Under the pieces are notes generated by a model that was not told the DNA's origin, ran no database searches, and saw nothing but the letters and a program-made list of their open reading frames with translations. A DNA stretch of 63,056 nucleotides, counting the filler, from Platydemus manokwari (lineage: Eukaryota): NCBI GenBank assembly GCA_037951405.1. It is 6 parts of 6 records of this genome, joined end to end, with 100 filler letters (N's around TTAATTAATTAA, not from the genome) between each part and the next. Parts side by side here need not be neighbours in the genome. Positions count along the whole stretch, not along the records: positions 9,105 to 22,699 come from JBBMOY011675846.1; positions 22,800 to 32,974 come from JBBMOY011161103.1; 4 more parts are not named here. One strand, given 5' to 3'. This document shows positions 13,908 through 25,392 of this stretch, one piece after another. How positions within the stretch are numbered: position 1 is the stretch's first letter; every line of letters begins with the position of its first letter. A program made the position numbers and the translations under genes.

Positions 13908-14110
13908 TACATAAAACTATATAAAAACATAAAACTATATAAAAACAAAAAACTATATAAAACCCCCTAAACTCCAAAACCATATAAAAAACTCCTTAAA
14001 CTCCCTATAAATAAACCTCATACAGATATCATGTCCTACAATAAATGCACGCTACATAGAATTAATATTTAAAAACTCCCTATAAATCACTAAATATATA
14101 CCTTAAAATA
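13908..14110. repeat. Short tandem repeats (aaaactatataaaaac), probably Polinton subterminal region
   Basis: Three near-identical ~18 bp units at 13913-13965, followed by aaactccctataaa variants. Confidence 0.7.
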
Positions 14111-14349
14111 TTTCCTGAAGTGTGGACTGATCTGCTGCAAGCCGTCAATAACAATCAACAATACAATCTCCGTCAACAGTATATTCTCCAAAATAAACAA
14201 TAAAACGGAGTTGATTATAACAATAAAGCTGATTTGATCTTTTGCTCTTAGTAGACTGTTGTGTGTTTTAATATTGTTTGTAACGCTTTTATTACTATGT
14301 TACGGGTATTTTATTAAGAGCCAAGGGCATTGAGCATATAATAATGTTA

Positions 14350-15355
14350 ATCTGAGTATTTGATCGATATAGGATGCATGCAGAATGAGTTAAGTATAAT
14401 TACTGACATAGATAATAAAGGATAAATGATGCCAAGGCCCGTCTCGCTATACCATCTAAATAACTTAACAGAACTGCAAGAAAGAGAAGTGCAACTTAAA
14501 CTACTGATTAACGAAACGCCTCTTTCAATAGCAGAAGAGCCTACAAGGATGGTCATAGAAGTAGGGGATCCCGACGACGTAATATTGGAAGAAATTCAAG
14601 AGGTGTAGAACCAGAAGAAATTCAAATCCAAGAAGAAAAAAAATTAGAAGAAAGTCAAGAGAAATTCGTCGAGTCACAGGAAGAGGGAGATTATGGGCAA
14701 TTAATCCCACCTGTCAGAAGACAATCAGAATTCGCAGTGCCTGAATGAAGAAGCCAATCAGCTAACCAAGCAAGGATAGAAGAATCTAGACCAAGACATT
14801 CATGACCTGGGAGACCAAGAAAGGATCAAATGACAAGGCACACGCTAAGTGCCACCACAAATGCAAAGATTAAAGCCAGAGCTTTAGAGTAGGTTGCACG
14901 GAATTTGATAGAGCCCACAGGGATTACGCATGAGGCATCTACACATGCAGAGGACATTTTATAGAAAGTTTTGAAACTGTTACATCCGGAATTAACCTCA
15001 CCAACAGATCTTTTGGATAATGAGTTATTAAGAAAACTGAGGACCGAATTGGTTAGAGTAGAAGCTCAAATTCAACATATCATATCAGATGAAAAGAAAG
15101 ATGACGAAGAAATCATCAGAAGCTTTGCTCAAGGAATAATGGGGCGTGAGAAAGATCAAATAACTATATGGGGTAACTACAAAGCATCCACAGAAATATC
15201 AAGAAACTCTAGGAAAAATGGCCACGTCGATGGAAAAGTATATCAAGCCATGGATGGATAGACATTTTGGATGGGAAGGACTGATCAGAGAGAAGAGCAA
15301 ACCCAAACCATCCAAAGTAAGAGAAGCACCGACTATAGAATTGGGATCACAGATG
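14350..15355 (+). pseudogene. Degenerate retroelement-like polyprotein segment (acidic low-complexity region, AT-hook, helical domain) running in frame into the glycoprotein
   Basis: Purine-rich, higher-GC segment with a continuous frame after two frameshifts: MPRPVSLYHLNN...EPEEIQIQEEKKLEES...PGRPRK...LLHPELTSPTDLLDNELLRKLR...KYIKPWMDRHFGWEGLIREK...ELGSQMTMIL. Confidence 0.6.
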
Positions 15356-16006
15356 ACTATGATATTATAAATAATAATCATTGTAATGAGTTTATTTAAT
15401 AGGACAGGAACTACGGCCATACGAGCATTCGATTGCGATAAATCCAAACTGGGAAAGATATATTCGTTAATGGATTTGGAAGAGTTTCCGGAGGCACTAC
15501 CGATGAAGATAAAAAAAACAAAAGTAATATACCACGTATATCAAGAGACTGGCTATGGAAGAGTGAAGGTAAGAGAATGTAGAGTAAAAAGGGCTAAATT
15601 CGAATAACATTGCGGATATCATAGCCACGCATCCATAGTCACTCCCGAAATGATAACCAGAGCCATAGAAATTCTCACAACAGCTTGCAACGATGCTTTT
15701 ACCACAAAGAAGTTAAGAATTGATGAGAAGACGACTCTCAAGGTAGAAAAAGGGGTAATAAATATAAAAAATCCTAATCGAAGGAGGAGAAATTAACGGT
15801 GATGGTCTATGTACTGAACGAACGGTCAAGTTACTGTCTATGATTGTGAAACCAAGTTGAGAGAAGTAGAAGTTTTTGATGAGAAATCAGAAGCCATGTT
15901 ATCACATCCAAACTGTACTACTAAAGTAACTAGCTGTTTCACCGGACAAGCAACTTTAGTATATGAGGTACGGCCAATGGAATGTCAATTAGCTTATATA
16001 AGCTGA
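15353..16006 (+). pseudogene. Chuvirus-like (Jingchuvirales-type, class III) envelope glycoprotein, N-terminal ~210 codons, truncated
   Basis: Signal peptide MTMIL*IIIIVMSLFNRTGTTA, then IRAFDCDKSKLGKIYSLMDLEE...VYQETGYGRVKVRECRVKRAKFE*HCGYHSHASIV...ACNDAF...GEINGDGLCT...NCTTKVTSCFTGQATLVYEVRPMEC. Motif order matches chuviral G (YDC..SL.D, CGMHSH.S.V, G..C, C.....C...T..W...C). Confidence 0.85.
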
Positions 16007-16249
16007 GTTGAATTTTTCCAAAACAAAAGGAGAAATAATTAAGAAATAATTAATCATAATATTATTTAAGTGAGACTAATTTAAACAAAAATTCAATTAA
16101 CAAGCCCGAAACCCACAATGTCAAAAAAGTTTTTTTATTTTTCAAAAAGGGGAATAATTCTAAGTTTTTATTTTTGTATTTTAAAAAAGGGGGGTATCTT
16201 TTTTTAATTTTTTGGGGGTGTGTGCTAAAATCACCTTTTCCCCACTACT
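16007..16249. mobile_element. Probable Polinton/Maverick terminal inverted repeat end
   Basis: AT-rich homopolymer-rich block ending ...ttttccccACTACT (reverse strand 5'-AGTAGTgggg), the typical Polinton terminus, with sharp compositional change on both sides. The partner end was not found. Confidence 0.6.
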
Positions 16250-17860
16250 TGTTTCGCCGACCTAACACAGCTGCCAAACGACCTCAAGTTTGGGACAAGA
16301 GTTACGCATGACCAGGGCAGTCATTATCTAAGTTGCCGGAAGATATCTTTTGGATAAAACAATTCCGCTCCAAGTGAGTGTATGGAAACGAACCCATGTT
16401 TACTTGCACACCACTACGGAGGCAGTATCAATATGAATGGTGGTGCGGACTAAATTATAGAATTGGCACCACACTACACCCTTGAAATCAAAAACTGTGA
16501 CCATAGATTGTGCAAAACCACCATAGAAACCTTTGCACTGAACACAACTCTGGTAATGGAAAGAGAAGAAGCAGAATACAAGTCCACCTTCATCGCTCCA
16601 ACAATCACGAAATGGGCACCACTCTCCCTAAAAGAAGTGTACCCGTACCACTCATTTATCTGCCAGAGGCTAAGTGTGACAGACATCAGAAATCAATTTC
16701 TCATTCTCAACACTCGAATGGTAGCCACAGCGGATATAACAATACAGAGGGAAACCGAAAACGCATTATTTGCCGTTACCATCATGGATTAAACCCATTA
16801 GACATTGGGAAAATACGGAGATGACAAAATTACTGAAAGAGATATAGTTGGCCAATGGGACGTGGTGCTGTGCAAAAACACGTTGAAAGAAGTTATGGAT
16901 GGAAAGATACTTGTAGGATTCATAAAAGCCGACTCACTAGAGGCCACAGGCATCCAACAAGAGAGGGTATTATGAATCAGAGACCTGGCTCGGGCAAAAT
17001 GTTTAAACGTCAAAGCGTTCATAGCCGCCTCGGCCTTCAAATGGAACTGGATTAAAAAGGCAACCATCCAATCCCAACTATATACCAGAAAGAGTGTCGG
17101 ACCGAGAATATATCTCAGAAATCAGACAAATTTATAGTCTTAGAGCCAACTTGGCAGGACCAGGTACAGATTGTAACTGATTCCGCCATGTAGATTGAAG
17201 AAACAGACGAGGAAATTGGACAGCTCGTAATTGATGAAGAGCTAACCGTACAGGCTATAAGCCAGAAAACCGAGAAAATGCTAATCGAAGTAAAACAGAA
17301 CAAGCAATTCATCAACGCAGATACCAAGCCACATCAGATCCAAATAATCACTAAGGAGCAAACAAGAGCAAACGAGAACGAAAAAACGAGCAGTATAGAA
17401 GAACCAAAGGAAAGAGCACAGAACCAAAGTAATAGCACAGTAATAATAGAAACTAGAGTACCATAAAGTGGACCTGGCCGCCGACCCAGTGGAACCAATC
17501 CTGGCACCGTCAGCCAGCGAAATCAGGTAAACCATCAAAAGCAGTAAAACCAGGCAAGGAACACCGGCGAACACACCTCAGAGTACACCTCAAATGTAAT
17601 CAAAGGTGAAAGTAAAAGATAAGCCAAGGGTCGAAGTAAAGAATTTTTCCAGGATCCCTAAAAAATTTAAGAATCTACCGCAGAAAATACCAGTACTGAA
17701 ACTAATAGACAAAGTCATTAAAGAAGATGACAACGAATAGCTCATCACAGCGGTGCAGTATACTAATAAACGCACAAAAGAGAAACTGTTCCTCAAGTAT
17801 GCAAACCCGATATTGTAATTCTAACCGAAGACAAGGACAGAACAAACCCAGTCAACTAGT
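16250..17860 (+). pseudogene. ~540-codon degenerate ORF of unknown function, probably the C-terminal part of a retroelement polyprotein
   Basis: One frame with isolated stops from CFADLTQLPNDLKFG...LAPHYTLEIKNCDHRLCK...GQWDVVLCKNTLKEVMDGKILVGFIK...FKWNWIKK, then an acidic/Pro-rich tail after frameshifts. Composition is similar to 14350-16006. Confidence 0.65.
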
Positions 17861-18193
17861 AGAAGTGATCCAATAGACAATTATTGTTATTCATCAAACT
17901 TTAATTATTATAAATTTTATCATACTTTGTGATCTTTATCAACCTTCTGACTCTTGTGCTATGTAAAGACTCTATATGTAAAAGTGTATGCCTGTAAATA
18001 ATTTTATAAATTTATGATAATCAGTAAATATGATAATCAGTATAATCAATCAAAGTATGTAAAGAGTTGTGTCCTACCGTCAAAAATCTTTAAATCTTGG
18101 CCGTCTAATTTCTAATCTTTAACCTGAAAATAATTATAATAATTAATAATCAACTCCAACGTACGCCCACAGGGAAAAAATACTATATATAAA

Positions 18194-21100
18194 TGGGCGA
18201 CGAAGGAGATTGGCCGGAAAAAATTTTCTCCAATCATCACGGATAATCTTCAAGGGAAAATTATCGTATCATCACTTCGTCATTTTTAAGCGAAAACTAT
18301 CGACAAATTCGCATATTCTCGATCGTTAGGATAAATCTTCAAGTGGAAATTATTGTCAAATCCTCATATTCTCGATCGTTAGGATAAATATTCTAAATCC
18401 TCGATTCATTGATTCGTTTTTAAACTTCGAGCGATATCAATTCAGCCTCTAAATTAAATTCCGAACAATATAATTATCATCAGGATTATTCTCACAAATG
18501 CATTCGGTAATTTTACTTATAATCTCTACATCTGTGTATAAAGGCGCAAGGGTTTGTACCCGGGAGCACTTTTAAATTATGAGATCTTGGTATAAAGGCG
18601 GAAGAATTTGTAGCCCTAAATTACTAAAATTAAATTCACGTCTCCTTTAGTTTATCATCCGAAGTAAAGCGGCACTTAGTTCCTTTCGTCGGTTTGTTTT
18701 AAACATCTTCAGGACGCAACACTGTTATCTGTCAAATTATTACATAACACATTTGTTAATTTTTATAATAGAATTGAATTATCATTTTGTTATTGGTTAT
18801 ATCATTAATATAGTTTTCAGTACTATTACACCTGAATTATTACACGCAACCCAATTACTGATTAAAGTCGGATTATTGGTGGAATCATCATTGTTCCGAT
18901 TCTAATAATCATTTGAATAGTGCATAGATAGTGCATAGAGTTTTACTAGTTGAATTAACTCTTATAATTAACTATTCACCAGATACTACTTAGTACAGGC
19001 TAGTAGGATTCCATCAGAGTAATTGATAAACATAAAGAAATAGTAAATGAGGAATGGAAAAAGACAAAAGAATACTAACAAATAATAAGAAGTGTAAGCA
19101 ATAAAATTAAGCGCGAAGAGTGGAAAAAATATTCAATGGGAAAATAACTTAGTGTAAACATAAATTAGAAATTAAATAACAAAAAGGAAGGAGTAATTTA
19201 ATAAAGGACGACACTAACTCAAACGATAAAGAAAACAGAAAAAGACATTAAAAACAAGAACAGCATGTATACTAAGTTTCGCCATTATAGTTACATAAAT
19301 AATATTAGCAGTCATAATAATGTATGAAAAGAAAGAAAAAGTCGATCTAGCAGCTATAAATATAAGACAAGTACCTAGAATAGCGACAATTATATAAGCT
19401 TTGTTAGTGATGTTCAACCATGTGAAAGTCCAGTGATGTATAAAAAAAAAAGATCAAAGTATACTCAAGATACGGACAGATTACATTAATTGATAATAAT
19501 GATAAAGAACAGTTTACTGTGCAATTATTGAATGAAACGAATGTTAGAGGACATGTTTGGAGAAAATAGAGTGCACGAAAGTGTAAAGGGAGAGAAAAGT
19601 ATGTATAATTTGAATTGCGGTGTAATTTACCAATTAATAATAAGAAAGGGTAAAAGTAAGAAAACAATGATAGTTCAAAGACCTGAAATGCCAAGGAAAG
19701 TGTTTGTTGAGATATTTTTAAATAAGTGCAAATAAAATGGGAAGATTTGAATTGTATGAATGTAAGAATGCATGTAAACAAATATCAATACATGATAAAT
19801 TCAATAGAGAGAACAATGACCCAAGAAATAAAAGAGGATCAGTTAGTCCAAATAAATATCTGGTATTACATGAAAAGTAACCCGATAATGATAATACATC
19901 GAGAACAAATAATCATACAGTCTAAAATCTTGATAAAAATACAATTAAATCGATGGTCATAACAAAAGAAAATAGAACAGAAGTTGAGTAAGAAATTACG
20001 AGCATTATGCTTAAAGGAAAAACATCAATGAATATAGAGAATAAAAAAACATTAGGAACAATAATTTAAAGAGTAACAATTACAAGCGTGACCACTATGG
20101 AGTTGATGATTCTGAGTTATAAGGTCTATAGGATCACCATAGATGTGTCATTAAGGCTTGACAATTACAGGACAAGATGTTGTATATTGATAAAACATAT
20201 AGATAAAACTGTAACATAACAATATTATAGTCGTATGCTATAGAAATAGAGTCTGTATGAATATATCTAGTAGCAACAAATTTGGTATGAATGAAATTGC
20301 TAATAAAAATAGAGTAAATTGGAAAACAATTGATGTAAATAAAAATAATATAGGAAAAATTCTAAATATTAAATATTCTTTAAATATTCGGAATATGGTA
20401 GAAAATCTGTAAATAATTCGGTAGAAAATGAATCTGTAAATAAAAATAATTTAGTCAGCAAAAAACCATTTAATTTTTTACCCAGTATAAAGTCGGATAA
20501 ATTAAATAAACATTCGTTGGCAAAAAATAATTCGCCAACCAATCAGAATAATGAGAAAAGTCGCAACCAATGAAAATTCAACCGTAAAATCATATAAAAA
20601 CTCGAAACACCCTTTTAAAACTGTCACTTGTCAAATTTGCTCGGAAACAAGTAAGTTATAATTCGTTGATAACTTGTATTTGACCATAATGTTGGGAAAG
20701 TGCTTCCAATGCCCCAAGCACCTCCTATAATATAGCCACAAATGCCCATAGCACCTCGAATAATGAGAAGTTAATACTAGACGAGAATGAAGATAGGATA
20801 AATGGGATAAGCCCGAAAAAGTCGATCGGAGCGAGCCTAAAGAAACAGTAAAAACAGAACCGATGACCTCAGAAGATCCAAGAACGGAAAACTCAAGATG
20901 GTGGGAGATGCAAAAGCGAGTAGATATGGGCGAGGAATATGACCTCGGATATCTATAAAAATTACATTATCTATAACATTTTATGATTATAAACATGTCT
21001 ATAATCTTTGAATTTTAATTTCTAAGTGAAAAACTAAAAATATTTTAAATTTCTAAAGCGAATTTTCCACTTCTAAAGTAGTATAAATAGGCACCAAAAA

Positions 21101-22699
21101 TCATTAATTTTCGCACATAAAAATATCTACTGGAAAAGTTAAAATCTTGAAGACAAGTCTACGAAAAACTGCCTACGATATCATTTTTAAAAAGAATAGT
21201 TAATAGATTGAGAAAACTTTATAGAAAGAAACTCGAACATCTGCGACAATTCTGGATATTGCATAAACAAGGCTTAACAGCAAGGTGCGCAGAGTGAAGA
21301 AACCTAATTGAAGTTAATATTTTAAAATTTATAAATTTAAAATCTAGTATTTATAAGGCCGTTTCGTCAAATTCGAATCGGCCATTCCCAAACCATAAAT
21401 TGATTGAGTTAATTTTCGCGTCTGTTTGGAAATAAATAAAATTGATTGTTGTGCCGGTATATTAATTAAATAAATCAATTATCTGTTAATTGTAATTTGT
21501 ATAAAACTTGTATTTGTAAAAGTTTCAATAGAGGACTATTCTCATAAAATCATCTTACATTTTTGATTTATTATTTTATTAATAGTTTCGTTTTATAAAG
21601 ATATTCATATGGTAAACAATTGTTGTAAGTTATGGTATTGTTTAAATAGACTGATATTCAAGAAGGTTGATTTGAATTTAAATTAGATCAACTTTAATGA
21701 ACTCACTTGTGTTGGGAATACTAACTAATAAGACTAAAACCCAACAGTAATTAAGAAAATAATGAAGGAAATAAACCGCGGTATTATTCGTTACTACCCA
21801 AGAAGATTTTATCATGCATATTAAGGCCAAGAAGTATTACAAGGGAACATCTCACTGCTTCTAAGGAACTGTAAGCACTTTATATTGTTGCAACACTTTC
21901 AATTAGTAATAGTAATTCATTTTTAATCTTAATATTTAATTGCGCAGCAACAACCCTATTGAGTTGTTCTGGTGTTTAAATTATTAAACTACAAAAGTAT
22001 TTTTAACCTTTTGTTATATACTCACAATACACTCTAGTCTGAACCCGGTTCAACTAGAGCCAAACTCTATTAAAATCTAAAATCATAAAACAAATTCGGT
22101 CCAAGAGGTTACGGTGCCAAGTAGGCCTAACCTCCAATAATCTTTCAAATTTACGGCTCTTACCGGGAAACCTAAGAGACTATACAAAAATCATCCGCTC
22201 TATCGATATAGGGCCAGTAACTTTTCTACTTAAGCGCAAACTTATAAAAACAGGCCTGGTTATTCGTTTAAAACATCATTATTTTGAAATTTTATTCACT
22301 GATAATTCTGTTAACTATTATTGTTTGAAACTTTATTTACTAATTGTATTATATTGTATTCTATATTCCAATATATATTTACAAACAAAATTAGTTTTAA
22401 CCATTAATTATCATCAGTATAGTTATAATACACTGCACCTTTGGAGTCAGGTGATACGAAAAATAATAAGCTATATTTAGAATACGCAAGTTGGGATAGA
22501 ACTATTTATTAAACTAAGCAATAACAATCAACTGTTGGGAAAGCGCCTCTAACACCCCAAATACATCTCACTATGCACCACCTAATGCCCCAACAACAGC
22601 CACAAATGCAAGTGAGAGAATAGAATTGGATCAGGATGGCAACTGGGATGGAACGGTTTATCGTGGGGATAAGCCCGAGAAGGTTGGCCGGAAGGAACC
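18194..22699 (+). mobile_element. Putative polypurine tract and long LTR-like region
   Basis: gggcgacgaaggagat followed by TGgccgg (~18211) downstream of the ORF and an AT-rich UTR. Internal direct repeats catattctcgatcgttaggataaat (18313, 18365), two TATAAAggcg boxes (~18537, ~18592), and a segment similar to 40520-40620. Confidence 0.4.
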
Positions 22700-22799
22700 N
22701 NNNNNNNNNNNNNNNNNNNNNNNNNNNNNNNNNNNNNNNNNNNTTAATTAATTAANNNNNNNNNNNNNNNNNNNNNNNNNNNNNNNNNNNNNNNNNNNN
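22700..22799. other. Artificial contig spacer
   Basis: N44-TTAATTAATTAA-N44. Confidence 0.97.
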
Positions 22800-22934
22800 C
22801 AAACAATGTTGACTGATTTTGATAGCTTATGAATAGAGCTTCAAAATGACGTGTATGTTAATGATTTGCTACAGCATACACACAAGTGTTTACATCTGGT
22901 GTCAAATTCCGGTTATTAAGTTATAGACCCAATA
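22800..22934 (-). mobile_element. End of a mariner-like element running into the gap
   Basis: Reverse strand reads TA-ttgggtctataacttaataaccggaatttgacaccagatg..., nearly identical to 32904-32974. Confidence 0.7.
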
Positions 22935-23587
22935 AAAATTTTATTTTTTAATAAAAGAAGATAAGTCAGGTGTATTAGTTTCAAATTTGCTTTAAAAAAT
23001 GTATAATAAATAAATAGTTGGCTTTAAGATTTGATTAAAATTCCAAAATACACAATACGAAAAGGCCGAATTATGAAAAATGGAAGTGATTTGATTAATT
23101 GATAAACCAGAATAAGCATTTTTACCAGATTAATTATGGTACCTAAATTCATACACCGACAGGCTTTTCTGCAAGCTTTATAGTATCATACGCAAATGAA
23201 GAAATATTCTGAATTTTTTCAATTATTTTTTGTAAATAATTGACATGAATTTATCAAACATATCGATGGAAACCGACTTTAAATTTAAAACTGAAAAGAT
23301 CTTATAGAAAAGCTGTGATTTGAATTGGCTTAGCAATTATTTTTTGTTTCTATTCGACAAAATTTTCTATAAACAAATGAAATTGAAAATGAAATTTAAA
23401 TCGAATATAATAATATGTAATTATAAATAAATTTTAAAATTAAAAAAACATGAAAAATCATTACATCGAAATTAGGTAAATAATCCTTTTTCTTAATTTA
23501 AGCCGATTATTTTATTAATTATAACATTGAAAGTTAAATTTGACCTTTTTAAAATATTTTCTAAAATATACTTTTATTTTCTTTAAA

Positions 23588-25392
23588 ATGTCGAAAATCT
23601 TTCGAGCTAAATTATAAAGATTTAAATAAATTGGTAATTAAAGATAAAAGTATCCCGGTAAGCTCTAAGAAAATTAAAAATGTTAAACATGCATTATTAA
23701 TTAATTTCTTGTTTAGTCTTGTGGCTTTCTCTGTGAAGGTTATCGTTACTGTTGAAAACCAGGAACTAATTCCAGAACAAATAATGGATTCATTTATTAA
23801 TGCGATTGAGGAAGTTGCTGGATCTGAAATAAATTCATCATCAGTCACAGATGTTGAAGAATCTAATGATAAACTCACAAATTGGATTAATTCCAATAAG
23901 AGGCATAAAATTTATCATTATTTTGATGATTTTCTCTTTGGGTATTGATTTATTTTTTAAAAAATAACTTGACTTAAAGCTACTATAAATGTTCTCAGTG
24001 CTTTATATGCTCGGAAAAAATTCAAAAATCAATGTAAGATATTTGGAAAGACATTGAAAATTCTTTCCAGAAATTCTGTTATCGATTCTTTATTGAAATC
24101 AGTGAGTTTTTTCTTTTTGTGATTTTATATTAGTTGTCCGTTAATTAATCAATTAAAATCTTATTTTAGAGTCATTCGGTTGTGAGTTTTGGATGTGGAC
24201 CTGGCCCAGAAATTGTGGCATATATTAATTGCATTCGTAATGTTTTGAAATGCGATAATTTACCATTGGATATATTGGCAGTTGACAGATTAAAATATTG
24301 GGGGAAATATATTTCGAAGCTAAATGAGATTTCAGATTCTAATACAACAATTCGATTTGAAGTAGTTTATATTACTTGGATAAGAAATATTGTTTTTATC
24401 AGTAGTATGAAACCAATATTAATAATAATTATATTAATTATATCATAAGTGGATTTAATTTAATTTTGCATTACTTGACAATAGGGAGTATTTTGTATTT
24501 CAGTTTGATTTATTAACTCATTTATTTGCCATTTGCAGTTATATAAATGGAAATGCTGATACTGAACTCAAATAGAAAAATAACATGTTTCCATGGTTAC
24601 TGATTGACTGACATTGCAGATATAAATGAACATATTTAAGATTCCTAAACAGATCTATTAACGTATTATTTGTTGGAACTGAGTCATAATTTATTGATTC
24701 AATCCATAAATCTTTAAATCGATATTCATCGTCATCTGGCATTGATAATATTTTATCGGTATTAAAACAATCAAATAATTATAAATCAGTTACAATTAAT
24801 TAATTTGTACAAAATCAGTCGACAACATTTAAGTGAGTCATAATGAGATGTGCTGTAAATGTTAAATTGAGATATTAATGTGATGAGCTCAAAATAATCT
24901 TTATGTTTATTTTTGTTTGAATGAATATTGTGTGGATTGATTCTATTATCTTGTTTTTATTTAAATTTGATTTCGAATGAGCCACAATAGCCCAATATTT
25001 TATAAATAATATTTTAAATGACAACTTTATCAATTAAGGAAGGAGATCTTTGTGAAACATTTCTGCTAAATATGTCAATCGATGCCGATGTGTGCATTAT
25101 GTTATTCCCTCATTCGATGAATTTCTCGAATATCTGCGATCTGATGACAATGAGATTTGATTTGATAATACTTGTTGATAATTTGAGTCGTGAAAGAGAT
25201 TCGATGATGATAAGTTATGGTTTTCAAAAAGAAAGTTTACAAGGGATCGGGATTTATTATTATTTGAAGGATAGATTTTCTGGCTTGGAAAGCATTAGAT
25301 ATCAAGAAAAAGATGATAACGTTTTTTCTCTTAACACCTATTTTGATGATGAGGTTCATGATTATAGTGATTTCTTTAATGATGCTATTTAA
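23588..25392 (+). pseudogene. Intron-containing class I SAM-dependent methyltransferase-like gene, possibly disrupted
   Basis: Exons near 23588-23657, 23718-23941, 23980-24101, 24170-24361 and 25018-25392. Motif I SHSVVSFGCGPGPEIVAY, motif II ILAVDRLKYW, then ADVCIMLF. Apparent 1-nt frameshift just after the ATG and no clean AG before the last exon. Confidence 0.6.

Noticed and set aside
13908-14010. Short repeats as a CRISPR-like array
   Set aside because: Eukaryotic context, head-to-tail repeats without unique spacers, no cas genes.
16474-17796. Several minus-strand and alternative-frame ORFs
   Set aside because: Shadows of the decayed plus-strand ORF.
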